This document shows, one piece after another, positions 26,587 to 37,440 of a DNA stretch of 64,000 nt. The translations under genes and the position numbers were made by a program. Location: assembly GCA_013239625.1 (NCBI GenBank), contig MU053881.1, positions 8,269,957 to 8,333,956 on the forward strand. The letters run 5' to 3'. The first letter of the stretch is position 1, and each line of letters starts with the position of its first letter. The stretch is from Lama guanicoe. Its lineage: Eukaryota. Under the pieces are notes generated by a model. That model saw only the letters and a list, made by a program, of their open reading frames with translations. It did not search any database and was not told the origin of the DNA.

Positions 26587-27984
26587 AAACCAGAGAGCCA
26601 GCAGTGCGTCACCAGCCAGCTCTTTAACCAAACACACAGAGTTAGAAGCCAACTCCAGGGTCCTCCCCCTACAATCTCCTGCATGTACAGTTTCAAAACC
26701 CTACCGGAAAATTAATCAGAGAAGTTCCAGACCTGGCGGGCAAGTTGATCACTCACGTCTCCTCAGCGTTGCCGGCCTCCGGGCCAGGTGTAGCCACTTG
26801 GAATTAAGGGGGCAACTTGATCTATAGCTGTTTTCCCACGCTTTTCTGCCTGATTATAAGTACAGCTTTATGAAAATCCAGCCACACCATAGTCTCCATC
26901 GGGCTGCATTTTTTTTTTCAAAACTCAACTCTCCTTCACGGGCACAGAGCATTTGTTTCAAGTCAGAAGCCAGGGCAAGCCTGTCTCCCACACGGCGGGG
27001 AACAGAAGTCCCAGCCGTGGTCTTTTTTCTTTTTTTTTTTTTTCTTTTTTCTTTTTTCTGTAGGATGGCATCTTTATTCCCGTTTCACAGGTAAAGAAAG
27101 CAGGTGCAGAAACAGACTCTGGGCAACCCCCTAACAAGTGAGGGGCCAGGGTCAGACAGACTGGCTGGCGGAGGGCCAGCAGCCAATGAAGGCTGGAATT
27201 GGAGGTGCTCAGGGCTGGCTGGGTAGAGGGTGGACCTCCAGGGAGGGCAGCGCTGGGAGTGAACGGGAGGCCGCCGCCCAGGTGCATTACCCCCATCTTA
27301 TAGACAGGAGGTCGCTCTGCCCCCATCACAGCTGTCAGGCTGCAGCAGGAACGGCCGCCTCCGCGCCACCGCCTGGAGAGTGGAAGGAGGGGGCTCCCAC
27401 ACTCGGCCTGCGTGCGGTGGGGGCAGCACAGCAGACAGAGCTGCAGGCAGCCCTCCCCACCCAAAGGCCCCATGTTCCTGGCTCTCCTGCCCTGCTGGCC
27501 CCTTCACTGACGCTCTACAGAACCAAATCCTGCAAAGGCCGGGCCACGGGACCCTCGGGGACTCTCCACCCAGGGAAGGGTCAGGGCGAGCTCCACCTGC
27601 CACTCGCCAGGAGCTTTTAGGGTCTGGGGAGGGGCCCACAACCAGCCGCATCCCCGCTGGCCAGACCCCGCACTCCACCCACCGTCTCAGACCCCAAGCA
27701 GCTCCTCTGCTCGCCTGCACCCAGCCCTGGTTCTTAAAACCTCGTGGCCTGAGATAATTAGCCTCCACACCAAATTCAGCTGCTGAGACCTGATCAGAAA
27801 CTACTGGGTTTTTTTCTTCCTAAACTGATTTAATCCCCACCACCAGGCCCTCTGACCTTCCTTCCTTTCTTTCTCTGGCCTGACTCCTGAAAAAACGGAG
27901 TTTGGAAATGCTTAGAGGACTGCTCTGGTGGGCCCCAAAGCTTCAGGGGAAGAGAAGGGTCTGAAAGATACACAAGGGATGAGG

Positions 27985-28275
27985 AAAGATGCCAGACACC
28001 AAAGGTCACATATTGTATGATTCCTTTTATATCAAATGTGCAGACTAGGTTCAGCCACAGAGATAGAAAGCAGACTGGTGGTTGCCAGGGTCTTGGGGGA
28101 GAAGGAAAGGGGAGCGACTACTTATTAGTTAAGGAGTTCCTTTGGAGGGTGATGAACATGTTTTGGAACTAGACAGAAGTGACGCGTGCACAACAGTGTG
28201 AATGTACTAAAGGACGCGAAAGTGGTTAATTTTATGTTCTGTGAATTTCACCTCAATTTTTAAAAAATTTTAAAA
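27985..28275 (+). mobile_element. Old L1 (L1MB-type) 3' end
   Basis: 'gccagacaccaaaggtcacatattgtatgattcc...agcagactggtggttgccaggg...tgtgaatttcacctcaatttttaaaaaa'. Confidence 0.75.
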
Positions 28276-29567
28276 GGGAAAGGGAAAAAAGGAGGGGGAG
28301 GGGGGTGAGGGAGGAAGCCCTGCCAAAGAAGTGGAGCTTCCGCAAGAGCCAGCCTCCAGGGCAGGGGGGCCAAGTCTAGGTTAACCCTTCCCTTCCCAGC
28401 GCAAAACCTCAGGCTGCATGCCTGGGCATTTTCCCAAGGGGCTTCGGCTGAGAAATTGCACCTCCGCAGCAGCTGGTTGGCCCCCTACAGCTAGAAAGCT
28501 CTCCCCTCACGGGTGCTTTTCTCTGATAGATGTTTTTAAAGAGAGAGGCCCTACGTGTTTTAAGGACTTAAAATGAAGTAAAGTGGAATGAAGCACAAAG
28601 AGGGGAAAAAAATTTTTTTTTAATTTAGGAGTCTCCGCTTACCTATTCAGAAGTGCTAAAAATGTGCATTGCCTTCAGTTGAACTGAATTTCTGTTTCGA
28701 GCCCCCATCCTGCTGCACAGCAAAAACTTAACCTTGTTCAGTTCAGCCTCCCTTTCTCCAGGGTCGAACCTACATTCTCTGTGCATGTGGATTCTATGTG
28801 AATCTGCGGAAGGTGTCTGTCCCTTGCTGTGCTCGTGGAAAACTGCGTAAAATTGTAAACGTAAAGTACTTAGCGCAGTGCCTAGTAGATAATGGGCTAG
28901 CGACCACAGGGTGAGCAGGGGATGGAGAACACATAGACAATGTGGTCCACGCCCCCACCCCACCCCCAAAGCTCTTTCCAACAAGCTAGGCAACCAAGCT
29001 CTATGGCAAGGATACAGGATATGCTGAGGGACCAAGACCACAGTCCCAAGCACATCTTTGGTACTAGGTGAATGCGATCACATCTGAGCTACCTGGACTC
29101 CCTGGATTAAAATTAGAGGCTGTTACTAAGAGATAGCAGAGGAAGGAAGGCAAAGAACAAATGTTCACCATGGACTCCTAAAGGTGGATCACAGTTTTTC
29201 CCTCAAGGAGCTCATGTATGACGAAATAGTTTGGTAGGATACAGAATACAAGGCACTAAACATTATGACAGTGGGATGGACAGGTTACAAAGGGGCAAAA
29301 AGGGAGAGGAGAAAGGGGTGATCAGAGAAGCTTTCCTGGGAAAACTAAAATTTGAAATGAATATTCAGGGACAGGTAGGAGTCCACAAACAAAAAAGGGG
29401 GAAAGATCTTTCAGGTAAGTGAAGAGACTGGAAGAGCAGGTGGAAAACGAGGCAGCAGAAATAGAAAGAAGCAGATCATACCCTGCCTTGTGAGCCATGC
29501 TAAGGAATATGACTTTTTCCGCTAATGAGTAGTTCTCAATGTGTTTTTTCACTAACAGCCATGATAA

Positions 29568-30035
29568 TGTGAAGGAAAAGCCGGGCTGGTCTAACAAGAT
29601 AACTCACAAGTCTAGGAATGTGAAGGAGAGGCTGGGCTGGTTTAACAAGATAACTCACAAATCTAAGTATCGGAGTACTGATCTGAGTTCTGCTGGACTA
29701 ACTCGTAAATCTAAGTTAATTAGTGTTGTGTTTGCTGTTCATGTTTTTTTTTGCTAGTCAGCTGGATTTTCAAAGAGATGTATCTGGCTTTGGAATGTTG
29801 GTTTGCTGCCTCCCTGCCTCCACTTTTGTGATAATGATGCTGCTAAAGCTGTTCCATGCCTATTGGCCGAATACCCCGAGCTTGTACTTTACCCTATAAA
29901 ACCTCATGCGCACATCTTGGAGGTGCTCAGAGCTTCGGAGCAGAAGCCCCCCTGAGCCCGCCGGCGTAATACATCTGAGTACTCCAACCCTCCGAGTGGT
30001 GCTTGTTTCTTGGCTGGCCTGTCGTTTCCGTAACA
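29568..30035 (+). mobile_element. Solo ERV1-type LTR with 4-bp TSD and 51-bp U3 direct repeat
   Basis: TG...CA ends, ataa TSD at 29564-29567 and 30036-30039, TATA 'cctataaaa' about 29892, CpGs retained. Confidence 0.85.
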
Positions 30036-30129
30036 ATAATAAAATCATTTCACATGGCAATCTGGACCATATGTACATACATATATACATCATATATATA
30101 TAGATGTAGACATATGTACATATGAATCT

Positions 30130-30750
30130 CAAATGTAACTACTCTGGGAAACAGTTTGGCAGTTTAAACAGTTGTCATAAGTCTACCCTGTGACCCAGAA
30201 ATTTTGCTCCTGGTAGCATGGCCCAAAGAAATGAGTGGCTATGAGCACAAAAAGACATGCACAAGAATATTCACAGGAGCTTTGCATAATAGCCAAAAAC
30301 TAGAACTAGCTTAAATGTCCATCAACAGGAGAATGAAATAACTAAACTGCAGTGTATTCATACAATGGAATACAAAAATGAGAATGGACACACCACAGCT
30401 CCATGCAACTTCATGAATGTACCTCAGACATACTACTGAGCTAAAGAAGCCAGACCCCAAAATGGTACATATTCTTTGATTCCATTCAACTCAAGAATGG
30501 GCAGAACTAATTGAAGCTAGAGCAGTCAGAATGGTGGTGCCCTGCAAAGAGCAGGGGGAGGGGCGGGGGCGCAGTCTTCACAGGGAAGGGGCAGGACGGA
30601 GCTTTCTGGGTACAAGATATGTTTTATATCTCGATCTAGGTGGTGGCTAAAAGAGAGTACACACATATAAACATCCATCAAGCTGCACACTCACAACCTG
30701 GCACTTTACTAAATATATGTTATATCTCAATGGAAAGTTGTTAAAAACTA
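30130..30750 (+). mobile_element. Old L1 (L1ME/MD-type) 3' region
   Basis: 'ggaaacagtttggcagttt...cataatagccaaaaactagaa...aaatgtccatcaacaggagaatg...tatgttatatctcaat'. Confidence 0.72.
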
Positions 30751-30865
30751 TATATGCCAAAACTCTCCTGAACACATGTCAAATATGTGGGGCTCAATAG
30801 AGCCTCTCAGAATACATGCTTACATTTATAACAACCTGAAATGGAGGGGATGGTATCTGAAGTTG

Positions 30866-30985
30866 GGGGGGGGGTGTATAGCTCAGTGGTAGAGCATATG
30901 CTTAGTATGCATGAGGTCCTGGGTTCCATCCCCAGTGCCTCCAGCAAGGGGACGAAAGAAAAGAAAAGGAAAAAAAGAAAGAAAG
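30866..30985 (+). mobile_element. tRNA-derived SINE (vic-1-like)
   Basis: tatagctcagtggtagagcatatgcttagtatgcatgaggtcctgggttccatcccc followed by an A-rich tail. Confidence 0.85.
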
Positions 30986-32639
30986 CAGGAGTTGGCCAGA
31001 TCCTGCCTACTTGCCTGCTAAATAAAATAAAACACAACACAACACAACACCAATCTGAAATAAATGTTTTGCAAAACAATACTTACATGTGATTGAGGTT
31101 GACATTTAATCTATTCAGTTTTTTTTAATGCTGGTTGTAACTGACTACATTGACTTCATGTCACTTTAAAGGTCATAATCCATTATTTGAAAATCACAGT
31201 TCTAGACAATAGGGAGCCACTGAAGGTTTTAAGAGGAGTGACATGAACAGTCTAGGGCTTCCCAAAGATCCCTCTGGGGCGGTGTGGAAGATAGATTCAA
31301 GGTGCAAGACTGGAGCTGGGAGATCGGGTGAGGAGGCCATCAGGTTTGGGGATGGGCCCTAGAGGAGGGTCTTGGGCCAGCTCATTCTTTCGGACTGTGG
31401 GGTTTTGTCTGCGCTCTGCACTGACCTCACCTGCATCGCGCCTCGCCACTGGTGCCCCTTGTGGAGTCGATGGCACCCATCCTACATGTGAATGGCATCC
31501 CCACTGGGAGTGGCTGGCGGAGTGGAACCACGCCCACCCCTTCTACCATCACAGCAGCGTTACATGGACATGGGGCAGAAACCTTCCCTCCCTCTCTCTT
31601 CCCAACAAGCAGTGGTTGCCCCATCAATACGATTAAAGATGGGGGTCGAGGTAAAAGCTGACATGGGAAGAAAGCAATATGTGTGTCCCTGCTCTTTCCC
31701 AGACCTCACACAAGGCACTTCATGTGTGTTATCTCAGTTCATTCCTACAACATAGATCATATCCATCCCCTTTAGAACAGACATGATCGTCCCCAAGGAT
31801 GAAGAAAGTGAGGCTTGGAGAGGGGAAGTGACACCCATATCCAAGGTCCTGGAGCTGGTAAGTGATAACACCAGACTTAGAATCCAAATCTGCTGGAAGG
31901 AGGTCCAAGCTCTTTCTGAACAAAAGGCCTAATAACGTGAGCACATCCCATCTTGATCTGAGATGCTGGTGCTAGCCTAATTCACAAAAACATGCTCACA
32001 CCCACGGGCTCTGTGAAATCTCCCAGGGGGCGTGGACAAACCTCAGCCAAGCAGCCTGCTCTCTGGGTGTCACTGGGATTTCATACTCCCCGTTTGAAAT
32101 ATGGTAACTTATGACTTTTCTCTTATCTTTAATCCTTGTTTCAGCTCAGCCAGGGGTTCTGACTGGAGCAGACCTCACAGCTCCAGGACCCAGCACTGGG
32201 CAACTCTGACAGCTTCTCTGTTACCTCATCTCTCTGGCCAGGGAGAGCAGGTGAGGGAACTGCTGATGACAGCAGGAATTTTGGAGGCTCCAGGAGAGGG
32301 GAGGTGGGGAAGGGCCATGTCCCTGGGTACCAGGCCCAGGCTGGCCCAACAGCCCTCCCTGCATTTCCTCACAAGTGTCGCAAAATGAGGAGAAGCCACT
32401 AAAATCCTTGGCTCTGAGGCACCATCTTTCCTTTTAGTCACTGCCAGAAGCTCTGGAGGCAAACGAGGATTCGGAGCTCTGGGGAGGAGACACTGAGACG
32501 AATGAGTGTCTCACAGCAGCTCTCAACACGGCGCCCAGTGAGGATGGACTTCATTTCACACACAAGCACGTGTGTGCACACGTGCACACACATACACACG
32601 TCAGCCAACCCAATCACTGCTCTCTCTGTCTGTGCCCTG

Positions 32640-32921
32640 AGAAGGCAATCCTTGGGGTTCCCTTGCTCCCTGGCTTGCCTGCTCCCAGGCTCCAGCCAAC
32701 CTCTTGCTTCTGGTTTTAGCTAAGATGGAGGCCGATCTCACTTCTCCTAGCTGACCCCGGCCTGAGGCCACCACGCTCCCTTCTCAGTGAGATGGCCCGC
32801 ATTCTGCCTATGGGATGTGTATCTCCTAGGCCTTTCTCTTGCCTTTTGAGATGGCCTCCACTCTGTCTATGGAGTGTGTATCTCTCTCAATGAATCTACT
32901 TGTACTCGAAAAAAAAAAAAA
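32640..32921 (+). mobile_element. LTR-like fragment ending in a poly(A) tail
   Basis: Internal 59-bp-period repeat (tgagatggcc...ctatgg..tgtgtatctc), AATGAA at 32889 and A13 at 32909-32921. Left boundary uncertain. Confidence 0.5.
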
Positions 32922-33254
32922 GAGCGAGAGAGAGAGAGAAGAGAATGGTCATCTGTTCTCCAGATTGTCCCCTGAATTCCAGTCTCAGTGGTTCTCAGGG
33001 AGCCCCTCACTTCACTCAGGGGGAGAAAACACACAGCGCCTCTCAAAGAAATTCCTGCTCTTGGATGGCTCGCCCTCCATCATCTCCCTGCCTCTTTGAT
33101 CCTCGCCAAGTGGCACAGGGACCAGGCTTTTGATCCCCACTTAGCATGTTCTGCAGAGCTGTGCTGGCACCTCCCTTTAGATATTGAGGGTTATTAACAC
33201 CTTTTTTCTCAGCTCGGTGGGTACTTATGAGCAAGAATATTAGAAAATTAAGGA

Positions 33255-33505
33255 TGCTGGTGAGGAGGGGCAAGATGAGGTAGGAGATTAAGACACAAAC
33301 TACTACGTATGAAATAAATAAGCTACAAGGATATACTGTACAGCACAGGGACTACAGCCAGCAATTTTATAATAACTTGAAATAGAGTGTAATCTATGCA
33401 AAGTTTGAGTCACTATGTTGTACACCAGAAACGAATATAACATTGTAAATCAACTATACCTCAATAAAAAGAAAAATTACATGTAAAAATAAATTAATTT
33501 AAAAA
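33255..33505 (+). mobile_element. L1 3'-end fragment
   Basis: 'aaataagctacaaggatatactgtacagcacaggga...cactatgttgtacaccagaaac.aatataacattgtaaatcaactatacctcaataaaa'. Confidence 0.8.
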
Positions 33506-34196
33506 ATGCTGCTGTACACCCTCTACCCACCTTCCTCCCTCCATCCCTTCCTTTTTTGTGCATCTGCATACAGTGGATAAATTCCACCCCTACATGCACA
33601 TGTGCACATGCACACACACCCCTCACACACACACAAATACAACAAGTAACTGAAAACAGAGTCTAAGAGACCTGGGTGGTGGAGGCATTATCTCCACACG
33701 TATCATCGGGGCCCCAGTACTCTGTCACACGCCACACTGTTAAGACATCTGGCCCTCGTATGGAGAAGTTTTGCAGGCCTGGGGTCCATTCGGCCCCCCT
33801 CCAGTTGCTTTTCTATGCGTTCATTTTACTGTTGGACAGTGGGAGGCAGCCTGAGTCCTTCATTTCTAAGTTCCCAGCGATGCTCCATAAAAGTCCCTTG
33901 ATGGTCCCCAAAAGGGAGTGTCAGGTCATGACCCCAGTGCCTGGGTCTTCCCAAGGGTCATCACTAGGTCTCAGCCTGTGTCGTTGAGTCCTGGCATCAT
34001 CTGAGCCAATAACTGGGCCAAAATAGATACTTTTGAAGAATGCCTCTCCTGTCGGCAGGGCACGGCTCCCAGGTCAGAGTCCCCGCACACAGCTCACCTG
34101 AGCTGGCTCTTGTGCAGGGCTCTGTGGGAAGCCAGGAGACCACTGTCTGTCTCCAGGAAAGATGAAGGTGCTCATTTCAAGCCTATTGAGGTTCTT

Positions 34197-34413
34197 TTTA
34201 AAATTTTTTATTTTATTTTATAGGGGGCGAAGTAATTCGCTTTTTATTTCTTTATTTATCTTTAATGGAGGTACTGGGGACTGAACCCAGGACCTTGTGC
34301 GTGCTACACGCGCGCTCTACCACTGAGCTACACCCTCCCCCTCTTTTTTTTAATTGAAGTAGAGCTGACTTACAATGTTGTATTAGTTTCCAGCGCACAG
34401 CATAGTGATTCTT
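34197..34413 (-). mobile_element. vic-1-like SINE sitting in the poly(A) tail of a ~70-bp L1 3' fragment
   Basis: Reverse-strand SINE 34197-34342 followed by L1 terminus 34345-34413; the composite is flanked by aggttctt (34189-34196, 34414-34421). Confidence 0.75.
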
Positions 34414-36389
34414 AGGTTCTTAGAATCACTTCAAGGTGACTCATAGAGGTTCTTGATGAATCAAACTAAATATAGAGGAAGAAACCCTGATTATTTGCTT
34501 CCTCCTCCCCATTTTCCCCCACTGCAAACGTAACCACACTGATACGCACTGATAGCTCTCTTCCCTCCTGCAGCACGGCGGGGGGGGGGGCATCCAAGAC
34601 CCACCTGGGCCTGGACCCCATCCTTCTGCCTTCTCAGGAGAGGTCCCCTTACCTTTGATTTCCTCCCTCCTCAAGCCGTTTCATTCTCTCTCTCTGATCT
34701 TCCTAGTCACCTAAGATTCATTTCTAGAATGATTAAGAAGCTAGACTTACAGGTGAAAACTAGAAGGAGGGAAGAAGGAGAGGAGAAGAGGAAGGAAGGG
34801 GAGAAAGAGATGGACCTGACTTCCCCTGGAGAAACGAACCCTCCTGCAGGTCTGACTTGACACCGGCCAGCTATCGCCTTCACTGCTCTCCTCTTCACAG
34901 CCACACCTTGTGGGGGATAAGTCTACATTTGTGTCTACTTCTTCACCTCCTATTTATTTCTCAACTGGCTGCAATGTGGTTTCTAATCCCTTTCCTCCAC
35001 AAAAACTGATCTAAGTTCAGCAGGGAGAACCTAAATGCAAAATCCAATAGACAAAAAAAAAAAAAAAAAAAAAAAAAAAGATGGTTTCTCCTGAGAACGT
35101 GGTCCTGAGGATGCCACTTCTCCGGCTAGGTTTCTTGAGACTCTCCCTTCCCCTGGCCTCTGTGGCCCTACCTTTTCCTGACCTGCACCCTCCCTCTCCA
35201 TCTCCTTTTCTTTTTTTTACCCCATTTACCCTTAAATGCAGGGCTATTTCTAAGCCTCCTTCATTCCTTATGCCCACAGGGACAGGACATTCAAACCCAC
35301 AGTTCCAACCGCCAGCATCAGCTCCCCACGGATGACCGCCCAAACCATGTCATAAAAACAGCAACAATAAATATTTACTAACAGAGAACATATGCCAGCG
35401 CTGTGCCAACCCCCAAGCACCGGCGGAAGTGGGCACCGTCATCAGCCACAGTTCCCGGACGTGCGAACTTTAAGTAACGAGCCTGAGGTCACACGGTCAG
35501 CAGGAGGCTGCTCTTCAAGCCCACTCGCTATCACTTCTGGTTTCCAGCAAGAGGAGGAACTAACAAGGGCTGCCGGCTCCTTCTCCCCAGTTCAGTCCTG
35601 GAGGAAACATGAAGGTGAAAGGGAGGCTGGTGAATCTGACAGTAGCCTAGGAAATAGAGGACAGCCAAGTGCCAACCAGAGTCTGAGGGGGACTTTAGAG
35701 CTGCTCTTTTCTCTTCCCTGTGTTTCCACGGGGGCTGGGGATGGAACTGCCTGCCAGCCAGTGCTCTGGGACAGAGCAGCGACAGTAGGGCACTGGCTGG
35801 GCTGGGGAGCAGAGAACAGCAGGTGCACACAGATGGCCGGGCTCTGGGCACTCCTGCCCGCCCCACAGCCTGAGGACAAAGGGACTGCAGCCAAAGAAGA
35901 CAGCTCTTGGAAAGAGCAGTGCCCATGGGTAAGGAACGGCCAGGTTCCTCAAGGACAGGGAAATAAGCGGCGGTTGGCTCCGGGCCGTCTTTCCAGAGCA
36001 CTGACCCTGAAGTGTACACCCCGACACACACTCACATTCAACGTTGCGCAGCACACAAGCCATGGCCAAGGTGATGCACAAAATTAACCATAATGATCCC
36101 TAGCAATTCAAAACGAAAATTCTAGACAATATCACCCTAAGCAGGGGGGCGGGGGCAGGGTAGGGAGGAGTGAAAACGAGAGAAAAAAGAAGGGAATGAA
36201 AGCATGCTAACAAGTTTGTTTTGCTCAGGAGGAAGATAGTGACATTAATAAGTTTAAGACATTATTAGGGAAGATACCTGTAAATATTTGTCTTAATTAT
36301 TTAAAACTGAATCCATGTATTTCAAACCAGTAGAACAAAATTCAGGGAGGCAGGAAAGGAAAAAAATCAAGTTTAGTAAACATAAAAAG

Positions 36390-36467
36390 ACAGAAATAAA
36401 TCCATATATAATATTAATTTTAGTTTCAACAGAAATAAATCCATATATAATATCAAATTTCGTTTCA
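36390..36467. repeat. 39-bp tandem duplication, two copies
   Basis: acagaaataaatccatatataatattaattttagtttca / acagaaataaatccatatataatatcaaatttcgtttca. Confidence 0.85.
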
Positions 36468-36659
36468 ATAAAAGTAAACACTGCTCAAAAAACAGACTGG
36501 AAGATATGATTTTTAAAAGATCTAGCAAACATAATTCCTATAAATGATTGGTAGGATTTATGTCTACAAATAGCTGCCTAACTTCTGAAAAATAAGAGCC
36601 AAGAAGGGGTGTTCTTGTTGCTAATCATTAAATCATATTTTATTTTATTTTATTCATTA

Positions 36660-37440
36660 AATCATATTTTAAAATACAATAATAAATCTAGTGTGCTGGT
36701 ATGAAGGAAGAAATAAACCAACGGAATGGAGTTAAGAGTTCAGAAATAGACCCACATATATGTGGGAAATTGTTAGGTAACAATAAATGGAAATGGACAA
36801 GTTTTCGTGGAGACTATGTTGGGAAAGCCAGTTCATATATGATGAAAAACAAGACTGAATCTGTACATCCGACCACATGCCATGGTGAGTTACAGAAACA
36901 TTGAAGGCTTAAGTATGAAGGGTAAAACTACAAAATTAATAGAAGATAGTATCTGTGTGACCTATGAGGAAGGACCTGTTAAAATGCTAAAAGCAGACAC
37001 CACACGGGGAAAAATATTACACTTGACAACACCAAAGTTAGAGGTTTACAGACAAAATATACAGATGACAAACTGAGAAAAGATACTTGCAATATTTAAA
37101 GTTGATAAGAGATTAACATCCAAAATACTCAAAAACTCCTTCAAAAATCGACAAGAAAAGAACAGGAATGCCAAGAGAAAAATAAGCAAATGATTAGGAG
37201 TTTATAAAGAGGAAACCTGAGTGGTTAACAAGCAAAAAAGAAAAGGAAAAAAAAAAAACCTCTAAACTAGTAAACAATGACATATGCAAACTATTATTAG
37301 ATGTTCCCATCAGATAAGCAAAAAGTAAAATCAGAAATACGCAGTGTTGACAAGGCTATGAGGAAACACCAACCAATCCACTTGCACTGCTGATGGGAGA
37401 GAAAGTCAGAACTTTGGAGGACAATCTGGCAGAACTTCCA
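36660..37440 (+). mobile_element. Highly decayed old L1 ORF2 3' region
   Basis: 'gagttcagaaatagacccacatatatgtgg', 'aaactgagaaaagatacttgcaata', 'actttggaggacaatctggca'. Confidence 0.65.

Noticed and set aside
32560..32600. Alternating purine-pyrimidine palindromic tract (cacgtgtgtgcacacgtgcacac), similar tract near 33590
   Set aside because: Ordinary degenerate (CA)n microsatellite; Z-DNA potential alone is not evidence of function.
35392..36087. 231-aa ORF in the intergenic region
   Set aside because: Starts in MIR-like sequence, no recognisable homology or domain, and several equally uninformative antisense ORFs overlap it.
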